Positions 52,074-64,000 of a stretch of 64,000 nucleotides of DNA are shown piece after piece. The position numbers and the translations under genes were made by a program. The DNA is taken from NCBI GenBank assembly GCA_964187785.1, contig OZ076409.1, positions 74,960,001 through 75,024,000 on the forward strand. Reading direction: 5' to 3'. How positions within the stretch are numbered: position 1 is the stretch's first letter; each line of letters begins with the position of its first letter. The notes beneath the pieces are model-generated. The model was not told where the DNA came from. It saw only the letters and a list, made by a program, of their open reading frames with translations, and did not search any database. This DNA is from Amphiscolops sp. MND2022 (Eukaryota).

Positions 52074-55000
52074 GTGGTCAGTGCTGTTGCGTTCATTTTT
52101 TTCCGGCCGTGGGGGAGGGCCCCTCTGAGGCCGGTCATTTTTCAGGTAACAGCTTTCTTATACAAAAAAGCGGGAAAAAACCTCAGTGCTCAAATCCCAA
52201 CCGTCAGAATGAGCTGAAATTTGGCATGTAGCTAGTGCATTGCAAATGATTAGGATGGGTTATAACGCTATGTTTGGCAAAATTGGTTTTGTTGCATTTT
52301 TTTTGTCATATAGGGCCAAAAATGGCCTTTTTTGCGTATTTTTTGCTTGACTAGCTAATAACTCGCGTTGGGTTGGTACTAGCGATACGGGTGTGGGGTA
52401 TGGAATTGTAAGAATACCAAGTACCTTGCTGATCACGTTATTTGATTTCCGCCCACATCACCCCCCACGCCGGAAATGCCCAATTTGTCACTTCCGGTCG
52501 CAATTTTTGACTTTTTTGGATGGAGTCAAAACCCATTTCCGGTGTGAAGGAGTGGGTTGAGCGCTTCGACCCCAATATACTAAAAGTAGGTTTAGACAAA
52601 GTCCTATTAGGAAAAAAGTAATGTAAGCCCGTACCTATCACCCCCTCACCGGAAATAGGGGTCACGCCTCCTTTTTCTGTGTTGCAAAAGTGACATGTAC
52701 ACATTTGTCCAACTCCGAAGCTCCGGAGCACTGTGGGACCCTTATACTTTCTAAACACCTATCCCACACGCTACCGGAAGTGACCGGAAGTTTCACCGGA
52801 AATGACATCCTTGGACCGGAAATGGTCAAAAAAGGACTTTTTCAATAAAAAAAAAGACACTTTTGGTGCAATTTTTAGGCAAAAAGCATAATTCGTGATA
52901 CGCTTGTTGCAGTTGAAAGGGCCATTGTTCAGCAAGAATGCATACAGCATTACGTAGCACATCAAGTGGTTGATAATTTTTCGTCCATTATATCCATAGG
53001 ACCGGAAATGGCCATTTTTGAATCGGAAATTTCTTCAGCTTGATTTTTAACAAGTTTTTCCACAATATTAGTGTAGGAATTGCTCGTCGGATGCTTTAGG
53101 TCTATTTTAAAACTAGCTGACTGCTTCTTAGAAATGTATTTCAGAAATCCCAACCAATTCCAGATTACCGGAAATGGGAGTAATTGCCTCCTTTATGACC
53201 TTTGAATGATAAATTGTTAAAATCCGCAAATTATTTTATTCCACAACTGTTGCTCAGGTTATATCTAAGCAATAACATCTGCTTGTTTTGAAGCGCTTTA
53301 TTGTGGGAGATACAAATATTGCTTTTTAATAGTAATACATACGTGATATTCGCCGCAATAAAGATTTTTCAAATCAACCATTTTGAAGTCCTACTGGTGT
53401 TCCGCACACCCGAAATAATTTAAGTTTCTAGTTTCGATTTTCAGGCTTCCGCGACTATTGAGTTGAGATGATAGTTTTCACGTTTTCTGCAAAACGGGCA
53501 TTTCATTGTGTATGTGACATTTATTGGGTTGTTTCACATGGTAATTCAAAACTAATTGATCATACAATTTAGAACAATTGAAAATTTTCAATTGAACAAT
53601 AAATGTTTTTAATAATTTCTCTTTCGTTAAAGAGACTCTTTTGTGGCCATTAGAACAGGTTGAATTGGTTGAATAAGTAACCAGTGCGATACATCGTTTA
53701 ATACATAGCGTTTGACATCGTTTTCTTGCGAACAAAGACAAGCATGATTTGTTGGAAGTTTTTACCATATCGCTTCAAATCGGTCGTGACAAACAATGAA
53801 TTTCTCGTTTTAATTGCTACTTCGAAAGCAGCCTGAAAACGCAAATCGATCTATTGAGTTATGGAGATGCAACTAAGCATTTCAAGTCTGGGTTTTAATT
53901 TCATTCTATCACTCCGGACTATTTTCATGTCGCAAGAGTGACAAAGCGTCTTAGCAAGGTTAAAAACATCGAACAATTTTAATAATAAAGCCTCCGGAAA
54001 GGGAAAAAAATGAGTTTTCCTGTCGAAACAATGATAACCACGTACGAAACATCAAGCTTTTGTATTGTTCAATAGTCCAAAACGTGAATGAAGTTTTTAA
54101 ATATCCAAGAGTTTCTAATCAAGCATGCGTTTCAAATGTCTCACAGGGCAGCATCGTTTTCAAAAAGCAGTGCTTTCAGTGTGGTTTCACACCAGCAAAA
54201 CGAGCGCAGGCACAACCACATTCTCAAAATTCTTGCACAACAACCAATTTCTTTGAAAATCCTATTTGATTCCTCAAGGTATATGGTGAGAACCCTGTTG
54301 GGTTCCAAAGTTGATGTGCTGTTTTCTTGGGTTTGCGAGATAAGTTACAACGGAAATCTGAAAGCAGGTCGTCTCAATAAAATACCTGTTGCTCTTTAAA
54401 CGATTGGACTTAAGTAGTCGAAATTTATTCTCAGACACTTTCGATCAGAGAATGTTTGAGTCCTAATGTTCGATTCAGGTTGGTTTCAGGTGGCTCGAAG
54501 TGCCAGCTGAACCAACCTTTCAAATAAAGAAAAACCCCACACCTCCCTTCATGCCACGCTACCCCGTATAGCGTTTCAACTTGACAGAAATTGGAACGTT
54601 TGATTTTGGCGTTGCTTGGGGTTGACACACCAGTGTTGATACTAAATTAGGCAAGAGAAATCGCAGAAATGATTGTTTCCGTTTTTTTCCTTTGATTCAG
54701 TCTGTCGAGCGTACAAAGCAGTTTGGGAAACTAACTTGCATTTCCACTGAAAGAAAAAAAAGTAGTAGCCTTGCGAACTCCTGGAAGAGATTGAATCAGG
54801 TTTCCCTATTTGTGAGATCAGCTGTCACTCAATTATCAATTACTTTTTAAAAAAAATTATGAACAACTAATCTAACTCTGCTCGACTCTCTTGGATAATG
54901 CAACAATAGTTTACTGATCTGTACTCGTGAGAAAAAAAATCAACTGCAGGTCCAAAAACAATCTATATGTATTTGGTTTATTCCGTGCAAAGCTTTTTTT

Positions 55001-55144
55001 CACACCATGTGACTCAACTATAACATGTATGTAATGAAACCAATAACACCTTCAACTATCAACGCTCACCGTCTGTAGGCATGCCGAGGCATGCCTTTCG
55101 ACGACGCGCGCCGAATACAAATTAACGGCGCCACCCGCTTCTGG
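52074..55144 (+). repeat. Cassette E3 (3071 bp)
   Basis: Between cores 52070 and 55141. Confidence 0.9.
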
Positions 55145-58100
55145 GTGGTCAGTGCTGTTGCGTTCATTTTTTTCCGGCCGTGGGGGAGGGCCCCTCTGAG
55201 GCCGGTCATTTTTCAGGTAACAGCTTTCTTATACAAAAAAGCGGGAAAAAACCTCAGTGCTCAAATCCCAACCGTCAGAATGAGCTGAAATTTGGCATGT
55301 AGCTAGTGCATTGCAAATGATTAGGATGGGTTATAACGCTATGTTTGGCAAAATTGGTTTTGTTGCATTTTTTTTGTCATATAGGGCCAAAAATGGCCTT
55401 TTTTGCGTATTTTTTGCTTGACTAGCTAATAACTCGCGTTGGGTTGGTACTAGCGATACGGGTGTGGGGTATGGAATTGAAAGATTACCAAGTACCTTGC
55501 TGATGACGTTATTTGATTTCCGCTCACATCACCCCCCACGCCGGAAATGCCCAATTTGTCACTTCCGGTCGCAATTTTTGACTTTTTTGGATGGAGTTAA
55601 AACCCATTTCCGGTGTGAAGGAGTGGGTTGAGCGCTTCGACCCCAATATACTAAAAGTAGGTTTAGACAAAGTCCTATTAGGAAAAAAGTAATGTAAGCC
55701 CGTACCTATCACCCCCTCACCGGAAATAGGGGTCACGCCTCCTTTTTCTGTGTTGCAAAAGTGACATGTGCACATTTGTCCAACTCCGAAGCCCCGGAGC
55801 ACCGTGGGACCCTTATACTTTCTAAACACCTATCCCACACGCTACCGGAAGTGACCGGAAGTTTCACCGGAAATGACATCCTTGGACCGGAAATGGTCAA
55901 AAAATGACTTTTCAATGCAAAATAGACACATTTGGTGCGATTTTTAGGCAAAAAGCATAGTTCGTGAAACGCTTGTTGCAGTTGGAAGGGCCATTGTTCA
56001 GCAAGAATGCGTACAGCATTACGTAGCACATCAAGTAGTTGATACTTTTTCGTCCATAATATCCTTGGGACCGGAAATGGCCATTTTTGAATCGGAAACG
56101 TCTTCAGCTTGATTTTTAACAGGTTTTTCCGCAATATTAGCGTAGGAATTGCTCGTCGGATGCTGTAGGTCTATTTTAAAACTAGCTAACTGCTTCTTAG
56201 AAATGTATTTCAGAAGTCCCAACCAATTCCAGAATACCGGAAATAAGAGTAATTGCCTCCTTTATGACCTTTGAATAATAAATTGTTAAAATCCGCATAT
56301 TATTTTTTTCCACACTTGTTGCTGAGATTATATCTAAGCAATAACATGTGCTTGTCAGGAAGTGCTGTAATGTGGGAGTTACGAATATTGCTCTTTAAGA
56401 GTATTACATACGTGAATATCCGCCGTAATAAAGATTTTTAAAACAACCACTTTTGAAGTCCTATAGATTGTCCGCACACCCGAAACAATTCAAGTTTCTA
56501 GTTTCGATTTTAAGGCTTCCGCGACTATTTAGTTGAGATGATAGTTTTCACGTTCTCTGCAAAACGTGCATTTCATTGTGTTTTTGACATTTATTGGGCT
56601 GTTTCACATTGTAATTCAAAACTAATTGATCATACAATTTGGAACAATTGAAAATTTTCAATTGAACATTAAATGTTTTAATAGTTTCTCTTTCGTTGAA
56701 GATACTATTTTGTGGCCATTAGAACAGGTTGAATTAGTTGAATAAGTAGCCAGTGCGATACATCGTTTAATAAATAGCGTTTGACATCGGTTTTTTTGCG
56801 AACAAAGACAAGCATGATTTGTTGAAAGTTTTTACCATATCGCTTCAAATCGGGTGTGACAAACAAGGAATTTCTCGTTTTATGTGCTACTCCGAAAGCA
56901 ACCTGAAAACGCAAATCGATCTATTGAATTATCGAGATGAAACTAAGCATTTCAAGTCTGGATTTCAATTTAATTCTATCACTCCGGTCTATTTTTATGT
57001 CGCAAGAGTGATAAAGCGTGTTAGCAAGGTTAAACACATCGAACAATTTTAATAATAAAGCCTCCGGAAAGGGAAGAAAAAATGAGTTTTCCTGTCAAAA
57101 CTATGATAACCACGTACGAAACATCAAGTTTTTGTATTGTTCAATAGTCCAAAACGTGAATGAAGTTTTTAAATATCCAAGCGTTTCTAATCAAGCATGT
57201 GTTTCAAATGTCTGACAGGGCAGCATCGTTCTCAAAAAACATTGCTTTCAATGTGGTTTGATACCAGCAAAACGAACGTAGGCACAACCAGATTCTCAAA
57301 TTTCTTGCAAAACAGCCGATTTCTTTGAAAATCCTAATTGATTTCACAGGGTATATGGTGAAACCCTGTTGGATTCCAAAAATGAAAAGCTGATTTCTTG
57401 GGTTTGCGAGATAAAAGACAACGGGAATCTGAAAGCAAGTCATCTCAATAAAATACATGTTGCTCTTTAAACAAATGGACTTTAGTAGTCGAAATTTTTT
57501 CTCAGACACTTTCGATCAGAGAATGTTTGAGTCCTAACGTTCGAATCAGGTTGGTTTCAGGTGGCTCGAAGTGCCAGCTGAACCAACCTTTCAAATAAAG
57601 AAAAACCCCACATCTCCCTTCATGCCACGCTACCCCGTATAGCGTTTCAACTTGACAGAAGTTGGAACGTTTGATTTTGGCGTCGCTTGGGATTGACACA
57701 CCAGTGTTGATACTAAATTTGGCAAAGAGAAATCGCAGAAATGATTGTTTCTTTTTTTCCCTTTGATTTAGTCTGTCGAGCGTACAAAGCAGTTTGGGAA
57801 ACTAACTTGCATTTCCACTGAACGAAAAAAAGTAGTAGCCTTGCAAACTCCTGGAAGAAATTGAATCAGGTTTTCCTATTTGTGAGATCAGCTGTCACTC
57901 AATTATCAATTACTTTTTCAAAAACTTTTAGGAACAACTAACCTAACTCTGCTCGACTCTCTTGAATAATGCAACAATCGTTTACTGATCTGTACTCGTG
58001 AGAAAAAAATCAACTGCAGGTCCAAAAACAATCTATATATCTTTGGTTTATTCCGTGCAAAGCTTTTTTTCACACCATGTGACTCAACTATAACATGTAT

Positions 58101-58214
58101 GTAATGAAACCAATAACACCTTCAACTATCAACGCCCACCGTCCGTAGGCATGCCGAGGCATGCCTTTCGACGACGCGCGCCGAAAACAATCTAACGGCG
58201 CCACCCGCTTCTGG
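55145..58214 (+). repeat. Cassette E4 (3070 bp)
   Basis: Between cores 55141 and 58211. Confidence 0.9.
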
Positions 58215-61200
58215 GTGGTCAGTGCTGTTGCGTTCATTTTTTTCCGGCCGTGGGGGAGGGCCCCTCTGAGGCCGGTCATTTTTCAGGTAACAGCTTTCTT
58301 ATACAAAAAAGCGGGAAAAAACCTCAGTGCTCAAATCCCAACCGTCAGATTGAGCTGAAGTTTGGCATGTAGCTAGTGCATTGCAAATGATTAGGATGGG
58401 TTATAACGCTATGTTTGGCAAAATTGGTTTTGTTGCATTTTTTTTGTCATATAGGGCCAAAAATGGCCTTTTTTGCGTATTTTTTGCTTGACTAGCTAAT
58501 AACTCGCGTTGGGTTGGTACTAGCGATACGGGTGTGGGGTATGGAATTGTAAGAATACCAAATACCTTGCTGATCACGTTATTTGATTTCCGCCCACATC
58601 ACCCCCCACGCCGGAAATGCCCAATTTGTCACTTCCGGTCGCAATTTTTGACTTTTTTGGATGGAGTCAAAACCCATTTCCGGTGTGAAGGAGTGGGTTG
58701 AGCGCTTCGACCCCAATATACTAAAAGTAGGTTTAGACAAAGTCCTATTAGGAAAAAACTAATGTAAGCCCGTACCTATCACCCCCTCACCGGAAATAGG
58801 GGTCACGCCTCCTTTTTCTGTGTTGCAAAAGTGACATGTGCACATTTGTCCAACTCCGAAGCCCCGGAGCACTGTGGGACCCTTATACTTTCTAAGCACC
58901 TATCCCACACGCTACCGGAAGTGACCGGAAAATTCACCGGAAATGACATCCTTGGACCGGAAATGGTCAAAAAAGGACTTTTTCAATAAAAAATAGACAC
59001 TTTTGGTGCAATTTTTAGGCAAAAAGCATAATTCGTGGTACGCTTGTTGCAGTTGAAAGGGCCATTGTTCAGCAAGAATGCATACAGCATTACGTAGCAC
59101 ATCAAGTGGTTGATAATTTTTCGTCCATAATATCCATAGGACCGGAAATGGCCATTTTTGAATCGGAAATTTCTTCAGCTTGATTTTTAACAAGTTTTTC
59201 CACAATATTAGTGTAGGAATTGCTCGTCGGATGCTTTAGGTCTATTTCAAAACTAGCTGACTGCTCCCTAGAAATGTATTTCAGAAATCCCAACCAATTC
59301 CAGATTACCGGAAATGGGAGTAATTGCCTCCTTTATGACCTTTGAATGATAAATTGTTAAAATCCGCAAATTTTTTTATTCCACAACTGTTGCTCAGGTT
59401 ATATCTAAGCAATAACATCTGCTTGTTTTGAAGTGCTCTATTGTGGGAGATACAAATATTGCTTTTTAATAGTAATACATACGTGATATTCGCCGCAATA
59501 AAGATTTTTCAAATCAACCATTTTGAAGTCCTACTGGTGTTCCGCACACCCGAAATAATTTAAGTTTCTAGTTTCAATTTTCAGGCTTCCGCGACTATTG
59601 AGTTGAGATGATAGTTTTCACGTTCTCTGCAAAACGGGCATTTCATTGTGTATGTGACATTTATTGGGTTGTTTCACATGGTAATTCAAAACTAATTGAT
59701 CATACAATTTAGAACAATTGAAAATTTTCAATTGAACAATAAATGTTTTAATAATTTCTCTTTCGTTAAAGATACTCTTTTGTGGCCATTAGAACAGGTT
59801 GAATTGGTTGAATAAGTAACCAGTGCGATACATCGTTTAATACATAGCGTTTGACATCGTTTTCTTGCGAACAAAGACAAGCATGATTTGTTGGAAGTTT
59901 TTACCATATCGCTTCAAATCGGTCGTGACAAACAATGAATTTCTCGTTTTATGTGCTACTCCGAAAGCAACCTGAAAACGCAAATCGATCTATTGAATTA
60001 TCGAGATGAAACTAAGCATTTCAAGTCTGGATTTCAATTTAATTCTATCACTCCGGTCTATTTTTATGTCGCAAGAGTGATAAAGCGTGTTAGCAAGGTT
60101 AAACGCATCGAACAATTTTAATAATAAAGCCTCCGGAAAGGGAAGAAAAAATGAGTTTTCCTGTCAAAACTATGATAACCACGTACGAAACATCAAGTTT
60201 TTGTATTGTTCAATAGTCCAAAACGTGAATGAAGTTTTTAAATATCCAAGCGTTTCTAATCAAGCATGCGTTTCAAATGTCTGACAGGGCAGCATCGTTC
60301 TCAAAAAACATTGCTTTCAATGTGGTTTGATACCAGCAAAACGAACGTAGGCACAACCAGATTCTCAAATTTCTTGCAAAACAGCCGATTTCTTTGAAAA
60401 TCCTAATTGATTTCACAGGGTATATGGTGAAACCCTGTTGGATTCCAAAAATGAAAAGCTGATTTCTTGGGTTTGCGAGATAAAAGACAACGGGAATCTG
60501 AAAGCAAGTCATCTCAATAAAATACCTGTTGCTCTTTAAACAAATGGACTTTAGTAGTCGAAATTTTTTCTCAGACACTTTCGATCAGAGAATGTTTGAG
60601 TCCTAACGTTCGAATCAGGTTGGTTTCAGGTGGCTCGAAGTGCCAGCTGAACCAACCTTTCAAATAAAGAAAAACCCCACATCTCCCTTCATGCCACGCT
60701 ACCCCGTATAGCGTTTCATTTTGACAGAAGTTGGAACGTTTGATTTTGGCGTCGCTTGGGATTGACACACCAGTGTTGATACTAAATTTGGCAAAGAGAA
60801 ATCGCAGAAATGATTGTTTCTTTTTTTTCCCTTTGATTTAGTCTGTCGAGCGTACAAAGCAGTTTGGGAAACTAACTTGCATTTCCACTGAACGAAAAAA
60901 AGTAGTAGCCTTGCAAACTCCTGGAAGAAATTGAATCAGGTTTTCCTATTTGTGAGATCAGCTGTCACTCAATTATCAATTACTTTTTAAAAAATTTTTA
61001 GGAACAACTAACCTAACTCTGCTCGACTCTCTTGAATAATGCAACAATCGTTTACTGATCTGTACTCATGAGAAAAAAATCAACTGCAGGTCCAAAAACA
61101 ATCTATATATCTTTGGTTTATTCCGTGCAAAGCTTTTTTTCACACCATGTGACTCAACTATAACATGTATGTAATGAAACCGATAACACCTTCAACTATC

Positions 61201-61284
61201 AACGCCCACCGTCCGTAGGCATGCCGAGGCATGCCTTTCGACGACGCGCGCCGGAAACAATCTAACGGCGCCACCCGCTTCTGG
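58215..61284 (+). repeat. Cassette E5 (3070 bp)
   Basis: Between cores 58211 and 61281. Confidence 0.9.
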
Positions 61285-62558
61285 GTGGCCGTGTCTTTTC
61301 GACGTGCTTTTGCATCGAGGAGTGGGTAGGGCCCCGCGACGACCTAGAAGAATTGGATGCTCACCGAAACGTGCAGAATTCTACGAGATCTCATAGTTTG
61401 AGCCATACGATTTTTCTGAAATTTGGCATGTGGCCTGGAATTGGTGAGTAGGTAAAACGTGTAGAAGGTAATTTTTCCCAAATTCCATTGTGAGAGGAGA
61501 TATGGGCAAATAACGGACCCAAAATTGGGGAAAATGCACTTTTTTCAAGTTTGTCAGCCAATATCTCATTTCCAGGTGCCCGTAGCGTTCCGCACGTGGA
61601 CGTCAATATTGCTCAACGCTGTTGGAAGAGTGCGTGGACAAATTTTGGTTCAAATCGGACTGAAACTTGGCGAGAAATTAACGGTTTTTTGGGCGTTTCC
61701 GGGGTAAATTTTTTAACGGTCCAGCTTATCTTTGCCATTTTTTCGAAAATGTACATGCCTAAAGGCCTCCCCCTGGCCGAATTTACTCCCAGCAAACCCA
61801 TTTGGCCCTAAATACGGAGTTTCAGCTGTCCAGCATTTCCGGGCGAAAAGTTGTGGGACTTTGAAAAATTTCAAAATTTTTCAAAAATTTTTTTTTCCGT
61901 TTTCCGGGCCCCCCAATGAAGGGGAACGACCCCCCAACCAGTATTTTGAGTAATTTCATGAGGAAAGCCCATGTTTAGAGGAGAAAATGCCGCTTAGAAC
62001 GTCTTTTTATCTTAACTTGATGTTGACTTATGATCTTTTGAGTAGCGTATAACACGTGATCACAGTAGTGAAAACCCTAATTTTCAAAAATTTTCAAACC
62101 ATAACGCATGAAAAGAACCTGGAAAAGGTTCCGATGGGTCAGTTGGGATGTCTGAAGCATGTGTACATTCCCGTAGTGTATAGCGGATGTATTTGGGACT
62201 TATTAGAAATTGTGATATGTTTTATACAAGTCTTTGTTTCTCTTAGAATCTTATGCAGTTGAGTACATTCCATCTCCCTCTCAGGGGAGATGTGAATGTA
62301 CGTTTGCCAAATGCCTTGTATATTTCACATCTTTGATGGATTCAAATAACTAAACAAGTGTGATTTGCGTTTGCCGAACCACTGCGACAAAACATCCTAA
62401 ATCTATAGCGAGTATGTATGGTTTTTGTCTTTAGTGTTTCGTCTTGTGTAGCCGACTTCCACATCCAAATATCAACGCCCGCCGTCCGTAGGCATGCCGA
62501 GGCATGCCTTTCGACGACGTATGCCAAATGCCCAATGCCACGCTGTCATTATCGCTAG
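61285..62558 (+). repeat. Cassette D2 (1274 bp), D body with E-type terminal hairpin
   Basis: Between cores 61281 and 62555 (CTAGGTGC); D hairpin at 62263, E-type hairpin at 62483. Confidence 0.83.
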
Positions 62559-63847
62559 GTGCCGGGATTTCTATTCGTTCGAGTATGTGGCGCGTGTGGG
62601 TAGGGCCCCTGGCGCGCTCTTTTATTTCGGGTACACCTACTCCAAATTCACGATGTGATTTCGACGATCTCGTAAACTAGCCACACGATTTGGCTGAAAT
62701 TTGGCACACGTACCCCCCTTGGCACGGTGAAGATGATTCCCTACTGACGTTTTGCCCGCTAAACATTTTTTGTTGACCAAAATAACGGTTTTTGGTGGAA
62801 AATTTTCAACTTTTTTTAAATTTCATCTTATATCTCGCCCCAGGTTTACGCTAGCGCTTCAAAACCTTGCTGACGAAAGTTTGCAAACTGTCTCAGGAAT
62901 GCGGTGTGAAATTTTTAGCTCAATCGGACTTAAACTCGAGGAGATATAGCGTTTTTCCGGAGCGGGGGGGTTTCATTTTTCTAACGGTCCAGCGTATCTT
63001 TGCCATTTTTTCGAAAATGCACTCGCCTAAAGGCCTCCCCTGGCCGGTTTTACTCCCAAAAAAACCATTTGGCCCTAAATACGGGGTTTCAGCGTTCTAG
63101 CATTTTCGGGCGAAAAGTTGTGGGACTTAGAAAATTTCAAAAATTTTCAAAAAATTTTTTTTCCGTTTTTTGGGCCCCCAATGTGGGGGAAAGGACCCCC
63201 CAACCAGTATTTTGAGTGAATGCATGTGCAAAGCGCTTTTTTAGAGGAGAAAAATGTCGTTTAGAACGTCTTTTTATCTTTACTCAACGTTGACTTATGA
63301 CGTTTTGAAGGTGATGTAAAGAGGTGTGAAGCACGTGAAAAGTAAACGTTATGAGTATTTATTTGATCTGAAAGCCATTCAGATGCAATCTGATTTGCCC
63401 AAAATGTAATTCATTTCAGTTTAGCAGTCAATCAACACCCTTTGTTGTCGTTTGACATATTTTTTTGTTGATATAATAAAAAATTTTGTGTATTTATTTA
63501 TTTTTTTCTCATCGAATAACTTGAAACAGTTGAGTACATTCCATCTCCCTTCCCGGGGGAGATGAGAATGTACTCGCAAAAAGCCCCGAACTATGGCCCT
63601 TACCTTCCCGAGCTACGCAGTATAAAGATTGCATATTGGTTTCGACATTTTGTTAGAGTTATATCTTGGTAATCTGTCTGGATATGCAGAAAAATCAGCA
63701 CGTGCCTTTTTATACCAAGTTGCTCACAACGACAATTATTTTATATCAACGCCCCCATATTTATCAACGCCCCCCGTCCGTGGGCATGCCGAGGCATGCC
63801 CTTCGACGACGTGCACCAAGATATACCCCGAACGCGGTAGCAGCTAG
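62559..63847 (+). repeat. Cassette D3 (1289 bp), D body with E-type terminal hairpin
   Basis: Between cores 62555 and 63844; D hairpin at 63532, E-type hairpin at 63775. Confidence 0.83.
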
Positions 63848-64000
63848 GTGGCCGGAAATTTTTTTTTTCAGCAAAATCTTTGCCATTGGGGGAGGGGCCC
63901 CGGATGGCCAGTAGTACGGGATAGCTTCCTACCAAATCCAGGCGGAAAAAACGTGATTTTGGAAACTAGCCGTCAGAATTTGCTCAAAATTTGCATACGG
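63848..64000 (+). repeat. Head of a further cassette (partial)
   Basis: CTAGGTGG core, stem-loop gccat-t-gggg-GAGGGG-cccc-gg-atggc, and box tcaaaatttgca at +140. Confidence 0.8.

Larger units (their letters stand above)
1..64000 (+). repeat. Composite head-to-tail array of non-coding cassettes (families A-E) joined at a conserved CTRGGTG(G) core; extends beyond both window ends
   Basis: Core starts at 385, 5284, 10177, 11213, 16108, 21006, 25899, 26930, 31838, 32872, 37783, 42517, 43587, 44657, 45927, 48999, 52070, 55141, 58211, 61281, 62555, 63844. Each is followed by the same head scaffold. Confidence 0.92.

Noticed and set aside
61400..61436. Group II intron domain V look-alike (gagccatacg...gaaa...catgtggc), with GTG at the cassette start
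   Set aside because: Pairing holds in some heads but not A1, A7 or D3. The motif is near the 5' end rather than the 3' end, and no domain VI is seen.
385..63851. CRISPR array or bacterial integron
   Set aside because: Units are 1-5 kb, with no 25-45 bp repeat/spacer periodicity, no cas or intI gene and no attC GTTRRRY structure. The integron comparison is only an analogy.
261..63935. All listed ORFs (60-133 aa), e.g. 23786-24073, 35641-35964, 40587-40859
   Set aside because: They recur only because the DNA is repeated. The homologous frame in A1 has TGA at 3279-3281, substitutions between A1 and A8 hit all three codon positions, and I recognise no domain. The substitution pattern also argues against an alternative genetic code.
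1..64000. rRNA, tRNA, snRNA or histone tandem gene cluster; polydnavirus proviral segments
   Set aside because: I recognised no such gene sequence. There are no genes in the units, and neighbours share a single junction instead of each having paired direct repeats separated by spacers.

Overview
This window is entirely non-coding. No ORF exceeds 133 aa, and homologous ORFs are broken by stops and change at all codon positions. It is AT-rich and looks eukaryotic, but the organism cannot be identified from sequence alone. The whole 64 kb is one head-to-tail, same-orientation array of 21 complete and 2 partial cassettes from about 5 families: A ~4.9 kb, B ~1.03 kb, C 1.07 kb, D ~1.27-1.29 kb, E 3.07 kb. 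The order is D|A A B A A A B A B A A C C D E E E E E D D|new head. All 22 junctions fall on one core, CTRGGTG(G), with no spacer DNA or target-site duplication, and the same heads and tails recombine in different pairings exactly at that core. Every head has the same scaffold: core, short hairpin, covarying stem-loop with an AGGG-type loop, variable ~45-nt spacer, then a TGAAAnTTnGCA-type box about 140 bp in. Each family also carries conserved hairpins at fixed distances from its 3' end. Best interpretation (inference): an integron-like cluster of diverse non-autonomous elements that insert site-specifically at each other's ends, possibly via a single-stranded or circular intermediate (HUH/Helitron-like, or recombinase-mediated). 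No enzyme is encoded here. Cassette boundaries are placed at CTRG|GTG and are uncertain by about 4 bp.
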